A stretch of DNA of 64,000 nucleotides. Source: a virus. Lineage: Duplodnaviria; Heunggongvirae; Uroviricota; Caudoviricetes. The translations under genes were made by a program, and so were the position numbers. Of this stretch, positions 18,113-26,549 are shown piece by piece; the stretch's first letter is position 1; each line of letters opens with the position of its first letter. Location of the stretch: positions 318,023 to 382,022 of IMG/VR virus record IMGVR_UViG_3300033489_000001; one strand, written 5' to 3'. Below the pieces are notes generated by a model. The model saw only the letters and a list, made by a program, of their open reading frames with translations, did not search any database and was not told where the DNA came from.

Positions 18113-21100
18113 TTAGCTTCTCTTAGACAACGTAATAGTTGAAGGATCAATAGTTAGGCGAACGTTGTTTCTAACAAGTGGGTGGCCCTCTATTCTAGCT
18201 AGATCAGCGGCAGAGTAACCTTCATTCTTTCCGTTCGTCCCTATGGCTATATCCCCTGGAATCGGGGTTCCAACGGTAGGACGAACTACGTTGGTTATGA
18301 CTAGCATCATCAACTCATCCCCCGCAGAGACTTCAGTAGCGCCTACATTCGTTGGAGCGTTTCTAACAAGCATGGCTCTACCCATTAGAACGTTGGTGTG
18401 ATTATCAGAAGGTAGAAGGGACTGGCCTTGAAGTGAAATTTCGCCGCCTGGATGGGGTCCATTTCCAACAAAAACAGAACCGCCTCTGTTCACTCTGAAA
18501 TTAGTTAGAAGTGAGTAATTTCCTTGTTCACCATCAACATGAACAAGCACGTCTCCAGGGGAAACAACACCAGAGGATGCCGTGTCCAAAGGCATCTCAT
18601 CTTGTTCCATGTGGTTGACAGCTAAGCCCGTGGAATGGCCTGCCGCAACGTCGTTTGAAAACACTAACGGCGATTGAGTGATCCCAAATAGTTGACCTTT
18701 AAGATCTGAATCGCGAAAAAGTGCTCCCAAGGGAAGGACATCGCTTCCATGATATTCTGTTCCAATATCCGTTAGATTATAAGAGGAGAAAGTGTTTGGC
18801 AAAGACAACGGACGATCATCGTAACTATGAGCGGGCGGATAATTAGTTGGGTCCGCGAAAGCTACGTCCATAAAATGTAGTGGAGAAATAGAACCATCAC
18901 CCGCAAACCGACCAGTGCCTAATGTAGTTGCGAAAGAAGTAGAGGCTAAAACCTCTACCACTTTTTGGTTAGGTCGAGTAAGTGCAGCTTGATTCAATTG
19001 CGTATGAGAAAGTTGATATGCATCGCCGGATAGAAGAGGACCGGGTTTATAACCAGTATCTGCGTAGGATGTCTGTGAGCCCCAAGCATCGCCTTGATAC
19101 GAACTACGACTATGATTAATTACTACCTGGTCAGAGGATTGAGCCGGGCCGGGAAGAACAGCGGAAGGACCGGCTACGTACTTGTTGATGTTGTTATGAC
19201 GCCCGGTAATGGAAGTTTGATCTACCGGGCCGCCTTTAACCGATGACCAACTGTTTGAAAGAACACCCGATGGTTGCGTCATTACCAATCGGGCTTCTGA
19301 GTTAAGGTCAAACGTTCCACGATCAAAACCGAAGATAGAAGCTTCAATCACATAATTTCCTGACGCAAAAGAAGCTATTGGATTTGGAGAACGAGCAATA
19401 TCAATAGCATTTGCGTTTAGAATAAATGTGGAGTCCCCATCATCATCAATTTCTATCCACATAACTGGACCGTCTGATTGAGTCATGTTCTGGCGCAAGA
19501 GATTCGTGGCCCCTCCAGTAATAGGTGCTCTTGTACCTGCATCAAAAGCTGACCCTCCGTTTGGACCGGATGTAGTAAAGTAATTGGTAGCTTCATATAC
19601 AGCGAATAAACGAGCAACTCCGTAGAAAGGTGGTAATTCTAACCCTTGTCGGCCAAGACTTCTGGTGTCCGTGAAGAAACGCATCCCTGCATAATTATTA
19701 CTGTATATTGTTAGGGCCGCATTGTAAATCGCCGGTAGTGCCGTGGTGGGATCTATAGTTGTAAAAGCCGCGTAGGTACGAACCGAGCTTGGATTGTAAT
19801 TTACATAATTCTTGTCAGCGTCTCCGTAACTACTCCCACTTTTACTATCGGTAACAAAATTGATGCCTTGTGAAAAGACGGAACCAACGTCATTGGGTAG
19901 AATAGGAAGACGCAATTCGCCCCAACCGGGCACTAGATGGCGTGGAAGACTTACGTAGATACTACTATAAGCATCATTAGAAGCAGTTGTGCCACAGAAT
20001 AAACCCAGAGGATCGGTGGTTGTCCATTTAGCAGTAGTGCCATCTCGTTCATTAAGGGGCATCACACCCTGTGCTTGGTGTACCGCAAAAGTGACCGAAG
20101 TACTACCTTTAGCCTTAATCGGACGATCAACAGTAATTGAGGTAGAAGGTGTGATGCCAATAACAGTGTATCGACCAGCTCCAGGACCACTGGTAATAAC
20201 TACAGCGTCTCGTAATGCCGTAGTCCCTACACTCCCCACCGTTATAACAGGGGAGTTATCTGTACCTATAGTACCCGTCGTGGGGGCTCCAGCCTTAACC
20301 GCCGTGTAGGGATTAGCTGCCATCCCATCTATAGTAAGTAAACCGATTCCTGCATCATTGGGGAAATTGATTCTACGGAAAGGCGTCAATATGATAGATT
20401 TACTTCCGAGATCCGCATAAACCTCAGAGGTTACTGGGAGTAAATTATTAAAAGCGGCGCTTCTAAATTTGCTCCACAAAGGAGCCCAACTCACTCGTGA
20501 ACCTTGGTTGCTAGAAGGAATCCCTGATTGTTGGACAAGTAACTCGGCTGAAGGATTGATATAAGAAACTGAGTGAAGTGAATTCGGCCGCCTTGATAAC
20601 CCACGCCCCGCCCCATAAACTGCATGAAGTGTGATGTGAAGGATAGTTGGGGTCGCAGTCAAAGAGGTTTGCGTTGGGAAAGTGCCGCCGAAAGTAATGA
20701 CCAAATCATCTGATGGGGTTGGAACCGCCGGAGTCACTGTATACATTGTGGGAGGGATGGGGTCGGTCTCCCCGTCAAACCTAAGACTTACCGCACCAAC
20801 CACACTATCATTTAACCACCTTACTTGGTCAGTATCGCCTCCAGGAAGTCCATGCTGCAAATTCGAAACTGGGACGGAAATCACGTCACCACTTGCAAAG
20901 ACATCCCCAGTCACTTGGTTCGTCGTCTTAACCGTGAACCCTAAGCTCCATCCCACATTTATATCAGCCGTCCCCGGAGGGGTAACTGTAGAGCCATGTG
21001 GTTTTACAATGCACTCAATTGGCTGCACCACAGCGGCATCAGAGAACACCATACGGATGTTGTCAGGAGCGTCAAGCTTAGTCACCCCAAGGGCTACGGC

Positions 21101-22480
21101 GGACGCCGTGATGGCGTCTTGATAGATCACATAGGGGCCTTGAGGACCGGCTCCTGAGCGCTTCCAGTTAGCCCTTAGCTGCCCTTTTAGAAGCTTGTCT
21201 AGATTGCCCTTGAGAAGGGCATCGTAGTCAAAACCGTTAGGATTGACTACATGTCGCAAATCTAAGATGTCTGTCAAGGCAATCTGATCGGAGAAAAGCC
21301 CGTCAGGACGCCCTGACATGACCTTGACTATTGATCCTGCTTTGTGAAGCTCAGCCCTGGTTCCGTTTTGACCTCGAGCAGCAATGTTGAGAGTTGAGCC
21401 CGTGATTGATGAATAGGTCATCAACTCATCACCGATCTGAATTAGAACGGGAGTGGCCGGGTTGACCGGTAAGGGGATGTTAGCCACGGAAGTTAGCGCT
21501 ATGGACGTGGCCGAAGCGGACATGTCAGCAGCGAGAGTTGGAACTGTAGAAAAAGTCGCAATCCCCGTGCGATCTACAGCGGTGGGATTGCGATTGAACC
21601 CTCCGTTGAGATTCTGAGACGGAGATCCATTCCACGAAACGGAATTGCGGCGGAAAATAGCGGCAATGGGAATGGCGTAAACATAGCCATCAACCGTGCC
21701 AAGAGCGTTTTGAGTCCCATCTCCTGCCCGCCATAAGCCCGCATCACCGAGCACCTGTCTCATATTTGTGAAAGTGTAAGAAGTTGGAGCAGTGGCAGCG
21801 CCTTGAGCTTTAACAACTACGGGATCAAAACCGTCAGGATTTGAAGTCAAGCCTATCAAACCCTTTACAACACGTATCCGGTATTGAATTTGGGTGCGTT
21901 GACTTGTCTCAAAGCCTATAGCCGGATCGATCAAATCATCAGAAAGGAAGGCGAAGCCACCTTCAACGTTACCTAATTTCCAAATGCCGCTAGCCGCTGG
22001 CTTATTTGTGGTTGAAGGGTTAGGTTGAATTCGAGCTTTCCACACTTCAAGATAAGCAAAGTCGATTCTGAAATCTCCACTGGCCGAAGGCGGTGGATCT
22101 AGCGCAACAACGTTGGTTGTCTCGGTTGAAGGCGTGCCCGGCGGATTACCCGTTCTTGTCCCCGCAACGGGTATAAGATTTCCACCCACGTTTGCAAAAA
22201 CCACTGAGTTTTGCTCGCCCGTACGATGAGGACCGAACTTGAAATAGTTAGAATATGAGGGGTCAGTGGCGAAGATAGCTTGAAGGTTCGTCTCATTACC
22301 AAGCCATCCCGAAGGCATTCCTCGAAGGTTCGCCGATTTAATGGCACCAGCAGCGATACTATCCTTTAGATTCAATTCAGCATCGCATAACGGCTTCCCC
22401 TCTTCCGAAATTATATTCTCGAATTGGGTGCTTGTAGCATCAAGGACTCGTGATACCTCAGTACCAAAATATTCGCTCAT
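18113..22480 (-). CDS. large virion structural protein (baseplate/tail-fibre associated)
   Basis: 1455 aa, beta-rich; N-terminal LEVW...ETS.R.QIQYR.RV...GLW.AGDG...LGTVDGY.YA.P...FRRN...RPDGLF.D block shared with 28578-31166. Confidence 0.6.
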   Translation of the reverse strand: MSEYFGTEVSRVLDATSTQFENIISEEGKPLCDAELNLKDSIAAGAIKSANLRGMPSGWLGNETNLQAIFATDPSYSNYFKFGPHRTGEQNSVVFANVGGNLIPVAGTRTGNPPGTPSTETTNVVALDPPPSASGDFRIDFAYLEVWKARIQPNPSTTNKPAASGIWKLGNVEGGFAFLSDDLIDPAIGFETSQRTQIQYRIRVVKGLIGLTSNPDGFDPVVVKAQGAATAPTSYTFTNMRQVLGDAGLWRAGDGTQNALGTVDGYVYAIPIAAIFRRNSVSWNGSPSQNLNGGFNRNPTAVDRTGIATFSTVPTLAADMSASATSIALTSVANIPLPVNPATPVLIQIGDELMTYSSITGSTLNIAARGQNGTRAELHKAGSIVKVMSGRPDGLFSDQIALTDILDLRHVVNPNGFDYDALLKGNLDKLLKGQLRANWKRSGAGPQGPYVIYQDAITASAVALGVTKLDAPDNIRMVFSDAAVVQPIECIVKPHGSTVTPPGTADINVGWSLGFTVKTTNQVTGDVFASGDVISVPVSNLQHGLPGGDTDQVRWLNDSVVGAVSLRFDGETDPIPPTMYTVTPAVPTPSDDLVITFGGTFPTQTSLTATPTILHITLHAVYGAGRGLSRRPNSLHSVSYINPSAELLVQQSGIPSSNQGSRVSWAPLWSKFRSAAFNNLLPVTSEVYADLGSKSIILTPFRRINFPNDAGIGLLTIDGMAANPYTAVKAGAPTTGTIGTDNSPVITVGSVGTTALRDAVVITSGPGAGRYTVIGITPSTSITVDRPIKAKGSTSVTFAVHQAQGVMPLNERDGTTAKWTTTDPLGLFCGTTASNDAYSSIYVSLPRHLVPGWGELRLPILPNDVGSVFSQGINFVTDSKSGSSYGDADKNYVNYNPSSVRTYAAFTTIDPTTALPAIYNAALTIYSNNYAGMRFFTDTRSLGRQGLELPPFYGVARLFAVYEATNYFTTSGPNGGSAFDAGTRAPITGGATNLLRQNMTQSDGPVMWIEIDDDGDSTFILNANAIDIARSPNPIASFASGNYVIEASIFGFDRGTFDLNSEARLVMTQPSGVLSNSWSSVKGGPVDQTSITGRHNNINKYVAGPSAVLPGPAQSSDQVVINHSRSSYQGDAWGSQTSYADTGYKPGPLLSGDAYQLSHTQLNQAALTRPNQKVVEVLASTSFATTLGTGRFAGDGSISPLHFMDVAFADPTNYPPAHSYDDRPLSLPNTFSSYNLTDIGTEYHGSDVLPLGALFRDSDLKGQLFGITQSPLVFSNDVAAGHSTGLAVNHMEQDEMPLDTASSGVVSPGDVLVHVDGEQGNYSLLTNFRVNRGGSVFVGNGPHPGGEISLQGQSLLPSDNHTNVLMGRAMLVRNAPTNVGATEVSAGDELMMLVITNVVRPTVGTPIPGDIAIGTNGKNEGYSAADLARIEGHPLVRNNVRLTIDPSTITLSKRS

Positions 22481-22624
22481 GGTGTCTTCCTCTGATTTAA
22501 TTCAAGGGGCACAATAACCCATCAAAAGGGAAAGTTTATAGAGAGATCCGCGATTTCAAGATTTACACCAAATCTAGCTATTTTGACATCCGAAAAACAC
22601 CATTAACGGTCAATCTCTATTGGC

Positions 22625-22785
22625 ATTCGGGACTCAACTTACTAAACTTTCATTCAACAAGTTAAGATTTTGTTCCGATTCTTGCTTCATAGAAGACAGC
22701 CTACTACCACGCCTTGGCCCCTTCGGGGCTTCGGTCTTCTCATGAAGTCATACGTGCATAAGGGAGGATTTACAGTTGACGGAAC
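22625..22785 (-). ncRNA. putative TnpB omegaRNA-like / IS right-end remnant
   Basis: Nested stems CTTCATGAGAAGAC...GTCTTCTATGAAG and GCCCCGAAGGGGC; CTATGAAGCAAGAA matches CTATGAAGCAGGAA at the tnpB remnant. Confidence 0.4.
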
Positions 22786-23516
22786 TAATCAGAAATCTTG
22801 AATAAATTCAGATTGAAGTTCTTTACTGTATAATCTGTTGTGTCTGTACTATTCTTACCCGATATCCATAGCCGCTTTCCAACCGTTACAGTAATCAATC
22901 CACCGGCGGACATGGCCGCTAGAGTATTCGTACTATTGCGTTCTGTGACAATATTATCTGTGGGCGTAATTCCGATATTCAACTCCCACTTCCAATCCTT
23001 GTTAACATTTGCCGCTGTACCGTCAATTGTAAACCTTGCAACGTAAATCCCTGCTGCGGTTGAACCGGCTTGTAGATAGGCCGGAGCATAAACCACGCCA
23101 GCGGATGCTCCAGCTCCCGCAACATAAGTCACATCATCGCAGGAGAATTTGGTGGTATCCACATAGGTTACACGAGTAGCTTTATTGTGCCCCGCATTAT
23201 TCATATTAGCGAGCGTTACGATATCTCCAGTGACAAGTCCATGTACTGCCGAACACTCAACTTCAAGAAGACCCCCTACGTTTGCTTCATTAGTTATATC
23301 GGCGTCAACAATCCGTCCAGCGTTAAAAGTCCAATCAAGTAATAAACCTGCTACTATATCGCTAGCAGTACGCAACCCAAAGGCATGGTATACCCCTGCC
23401 GTAACGATGTTGAAAGCTATAGCTTTGTTGTACGCATACATCTCGCCGTAAGCTGGTTTAAGCTTAGAAAATGCGATGCTGGTATCTACTATGCTCTTAG
23501 CTGCCAACTTAGTCAT
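22785..23516 (-). CDS. virion/tail-fibre accessory protein
   Basis: HGLVTGDIVTL beta motif; position in the structural operon. Confidence 0.5.
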   Translation of the reverse strand: MTKLAAKSIVDTSIAFSKLKPAYGEMYAYNKAIAFNIVTAGVYHAFGLRTASDIVAGLLLDWTFNAGRIVDADITNEANVGGLLEVECSAVHGLVTGDIVTLANMNNAGHNKATRVTYVDTTKFSCDDVTYVAGAGASAGVVYAPAYLQAGSTAAGIYVARFTIDGTAANVNKDWKWELNIGITPTDNIVTERNSTNTLAAMSAGGLITVTVGKRLWISGKNSTDTTDYTVKNFNLNLFKISD

Positions 23517-23543
23517 CGTTTTATCTTTCCTGAGATCTAAATA

Positions 23544-24317
23544 TTACTTGTAATAGTCGATGATCAGAATATCATCCTCAGCAATTTCTTCTGATAGACC
23601 CGTAGCTACTACGTTAGCGATATGCACGCGATCAAAGTTAGGAGTGATTACATCAAAATCAGGAGTCGCGCCGGTAGCACCAACGCACTGTTTATTTACT
23701 TGCCGAAAGCCTCCAACTACAGTAACCGCTACAGATTGAGCATTAACTGAGGATGCGCTCAATGTAAAATATCCGGCAGTCACCTCTCCAGACGTGACTT
23801 TATGCATCTCTTGGACGTAATCAGAGATGGTTGTGAATTTATCCATCGTGAGATCATCAGTCCCAATGATTCCCGATCCGGTGTTATTTTTACAGTTCCA
23901 CCCGGTATCAGCGTCAGTTCCACGCTCGATAAAAACGACTGCACCGGCAAAGTCCATACCCACGGCCGCGTCATCCGTTCTAACCATTGGAACGGCGGCA
24001 CCTTTCCAAAGGTAAATACCATCTTGCGTTGCTGTGCCTTGCAGGTCACATAAGACACGCTCATCAAGCACCATTGTCTCACCGTCGATAGTCGCTCCAG
24101 GAGCGGCTATTGTGACGCTGGCTTGCGCTCGAACTTGAACAGGAGTTTTCCACTTCCCCGCATCGAGATCAGTTTTTCGCACTGGCTGATCTGGATCGGT
24201 GGGAGCAGCGACTTCAATAGTACAAGCTGAAAAATCATAATCTTGACCTGAAGCAACATTCAGCTTTGCAGCATCAATAGTAGAATCAGAAACGTATTTA
24301 CCATTCAGTTTTGACAT
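23544..24317 (-). CDS. tail-fibre-like structural protein
   Basis: WK.PV.V...TIDG......ERVL...Q....QDGIY......RT.DA........FIERGT motif typical of phage fibre N-terminal domains. Confidence 0.65.
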   Translation of the reverse strand: MSKLNGKYVSDSTIDAAKLNVASGQDYDFSACTIEVAAPTDPDQPVRKTDLDAGKWKTPVQVRAQASVTIAAPGATIDGETMVLDERVLCDLQGTATQDGIYLWKGAAVPMVRTDDAAVGMDFAGAVVFIERGTDADTGWNCKNNTGSGIIGTDDLTMDKFTTISDYVQEMHKVTSGEVTAGYFTLSASSVNAQSVAVTVVGGFRQVNKQCVGATGATPDFDVITPNFDRVHIANVVATGLSEEIAEDDILIIDYYK

Positions 24318-24335
24318 TTTAGTTCATTCCTCTCC

Positions 24336-24815
24336 CTAACAAATCACTTGAACAACATCCCCATCTTCCAAAAGTATGTACAAATCAGTCACAGAAGGAT
24401 TACTTCCCCCACTAAAACTCCCTCCGCCTGGAGCAGTACTCATAGGGTCAATACAGACATAATACCCTGGAGCTGAACCTCCAGTTACAGAACGAATCGT
24501 AAAATCTATTCCATATTGTTGTAGTATTCCGTCAATCGGATGTAAAAGAACGTTAGATAGTGTTAGAGTAGGAATAGTAAGGGGACCTATTACTCCATTT
24601 ATAGTATCTGTATATGTGTACTGTCTAACGCTTAAACCACCGTAAGGGGTTTGCCAGGCATAAGCAGTTGGACTGGTAGCCGTAGGCACTTGACCTACTG
24701 TGGGAGGGGCTGCCGCTGCACCTGAAACCGGGGCTCCGGTAGTAGCCAACTCTACAGCGCCCGTTTGGCCGGGTGCCTGTGGAATTGAACTAAATTGATT
24801 GTAGCGTGTTCCCAT
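24336..24815 (-). CDS. structural protein
   Basis: IDGILQQYGIDFTI motif common in large-phage virion proteins. Confidence 0.5.
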   Translation of the reverse strand: MGTRYNQFSSIPQAPGQTGAVELATTGAPVSGAAAAPPTVGQVPTATSPTAYAWQTPYGGLSVRQYTYTDTINGVIGPLTIPTLTLSNVLLHPIDGILQQYGIDFTIRSVTGGSAPGYYVCIDPMSTAPGGGSFSGGSNPSVTDLYILLEDGDVVQVIC

Positions 24816-24817
24816 CT

Positions 24818-25204
24818 TTATTGCTTTTGCACTTTCATAAGGGAGAGGCTTTCTAAGTTCCCACGGTCAACTCTAACTATCTCAAACTTTGAAGCTTGCA
24901 GACCTTCCCTAAGAACTTTGTGAGCTTCTTCAGGAATCCCTGAGCCACACGTATAAAAATCCACAGCAGCATACCCGTGCTCCGGCCAGGTATGAATAGA
25001 GAGATGGGACTCTTCAATAACTACGACTCCACTTACGCCCTGGGGATTAAAAGGATGAAAAACAGACGCAACGATGCGAGTTCTAGCTGCTAAGGCAGCT
25101 TTCTCCATCAGCTCTTTTATTTGAGCCATATCGTCAAGTGTGGCTTGATTGCACCCTATATACTCGACCAAGAGATGTTTGCCGTGCGTGTTCAATTTCC
25201 ACAA
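24818..25204 (-). CDS. speD: S-adenosylmethionine decarboxylase proenzyme
   Basis: GKHLLVE, F.PQGVSGVVVIEESHLSIHTWPEHGYAAVDFYTCG. Confidence 0.92.
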   Translation of the reverse strand: MWKLNTHGKHLLVEYIGCNQATLDDMAQIKELMEKAALAARTRIVASVFHPFNPQGVSGVVVIEESHLSIHTWPEHGYAAVDFYTCGSGIPEEAHKVLREGLQASKFEIVRVDRGNLESLSLMKVQKQ

Positions 25205-25320
25205 AATCTCCTATAAGTAATGTCTATCGGTGGTTCAGATCCCATCTTCTTTAGCATTATAAAATCTTGGCTCTTTATTTTAAATTTGCGTTTAGTGAAT
25301 TTTTGGGTTAATTTATTGTA

Positions 25321-25457
25321 GCAAGTCCTTTTTAAGGTTTTGAATTCTTTGAGAAAAGGTAAGCGGTTCTAAGAGATAGTCTTCTTTTAGGTAAAACCTG
25401 AAAAGCAAAAGGATTGACTGCCTAGGGAGGACTCTAAGTTCCTCCTGTAATTGAAAC
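25321..25457 (+). CRISPR. leader-like sequence plus solitary CRISPR-like repeat (25421-25457)
   Basis: CCTAGGGAGGACTCTAAGTTCCTCCTGTAATTGAAAC; the upstream sequence aligns with 6859-6950. Confidence 0.65.
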
Positions 25458-25466
25458 TAATTGAAA

Positions 25467-26093
25467 CTATAAGTAAAGCAATGCCCAAGATCCTAAATAT
25501 ATCCGCTTTCCAGAGGTATTTTGAAAACGAATGATAAAAGAAGTTCCTTGATCAGGGACGGGAATATTGAGAACTTCACCGTTAAGTACTGTGTTATAAG
25601 TACTACCTCCATTAAAACTGATCCCACAAACTAAATTGACTCCCGTTTCTTCAACATAGGTTCTCTGAAATCTATCAGCTTTGTCATCTGAATCTGTAAA
25701 TATGTATTCTTCCCAAACCAACACGCATTGAGTGGGAGCAAATCCAAGTACATGGGATACTGAAAAGCATAATCCTGCATCGAGGAGGAAAGCATTTACC
25801 CAACCTGAAGTAACGATAATTCCCGTAGTTCCAGATGCAGCCAGATTAAAACTAGCCCCACCCATACAGGTATCGGCAAGGATATCCGTAAAACCGGCAT
25901 AAGAAGCTAACAACCCATCATATTTGGCCGTCAATAAATCGGTAATATTAGTTGGATTGTTGTGTATAGCCACACCATCAGGAACGCGGATAACCGTTGA
26001 TCCTGTGGCTTCTGATTGACCAGTTTCTGCTGTAAGGACATCAGTAATGTCTCCAGCAGTTGTGAACGGATCTATTAAATAATGTATCGACAA
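25467..26093 (-). CDS. virion structural protein (original start displaced by an IS remnant)
   Basis: ISFNGGSTY...FIIRF..YLGSWALLY C-terminus; TTG start lies within the element end. Confidence 0.6.
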   Translation of the reverse strand: MSIHYLIDPFTTAGDITDVLTAETGQSEATGSTVIRVPDGVAIHNNPTNITDLLTAKYDGLLASYAGFTDILADTCMGGASFNLAASGTTGIIVTSGWVNAFLLDAGLCFSVSHVLGFAPTQCVLVWEEYIFTDSDDKADRFQRTYVEETGVNLVCGISFNGGSTYNTVLNGEVLNIPVPDQGTSFIIRFQNTSGKRIYLGSWALLYL

Positions 26094-26533
26094 TGCTTAT
26101 CCGGTTTGTTAGAACCGGCCTCCACAATACTTATACCAGAAATTGCTTTCTGATTGATCACTTCCTGCTTCATAGGTCCATAACTCGTAGACCAAGATAA
26201 TTCTTGCGTTCGCTCCAAAATTTCTTGAAAGCTTGATCTAAAGCTCGTAAAGCATATTGAGGACAATCTTTAGCAACTTCAAAAAGCCAAGCAAGTTCGT
26301 CTTTCTTGGCTTTTACCAATTCCTTATGCTCAGCAAAAGCATTAGTAAATTTGTTCTTCCCTTCTTTAGTATTAAATCTCTCAATTCGTCTGGCTAAAGA
26401 CCAATTCCAAGCAAATCTAGTTGCTCCAGCTGATCTAAATAAGAGAGTCCTAACCCTATTATTGGGAACTAACTCTACTCTTATGGCTTTATGACGTTCC
26501 ATTATTCTTTGTCGATTAATCGAATAAGAATGA
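26094..26533 (-). mobile_element. tnpB: internally deleted IS607/IS200-605-family tnpB element
   Basis: ORF 26170-26502 (HKAIRVELVPNN...AGATRFAWNW.L...WLFEVAKDCPQYALRALDQAF) is a TnpB N-terminus with no RuvC; followed by TATGAAGCAGGAA and hairpins. Confidence 0.8.
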
Positions 26534-26549
26534 TATTGACATAGGCTGT

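Noticed and set aside
26170-26502. Possible Cas12f/TnpB effector for the CRISPR-like repeats
   Set aside because: Only 110 aa with no RuvC domain, so it cannot be an active nuclease; the repeats look class 1
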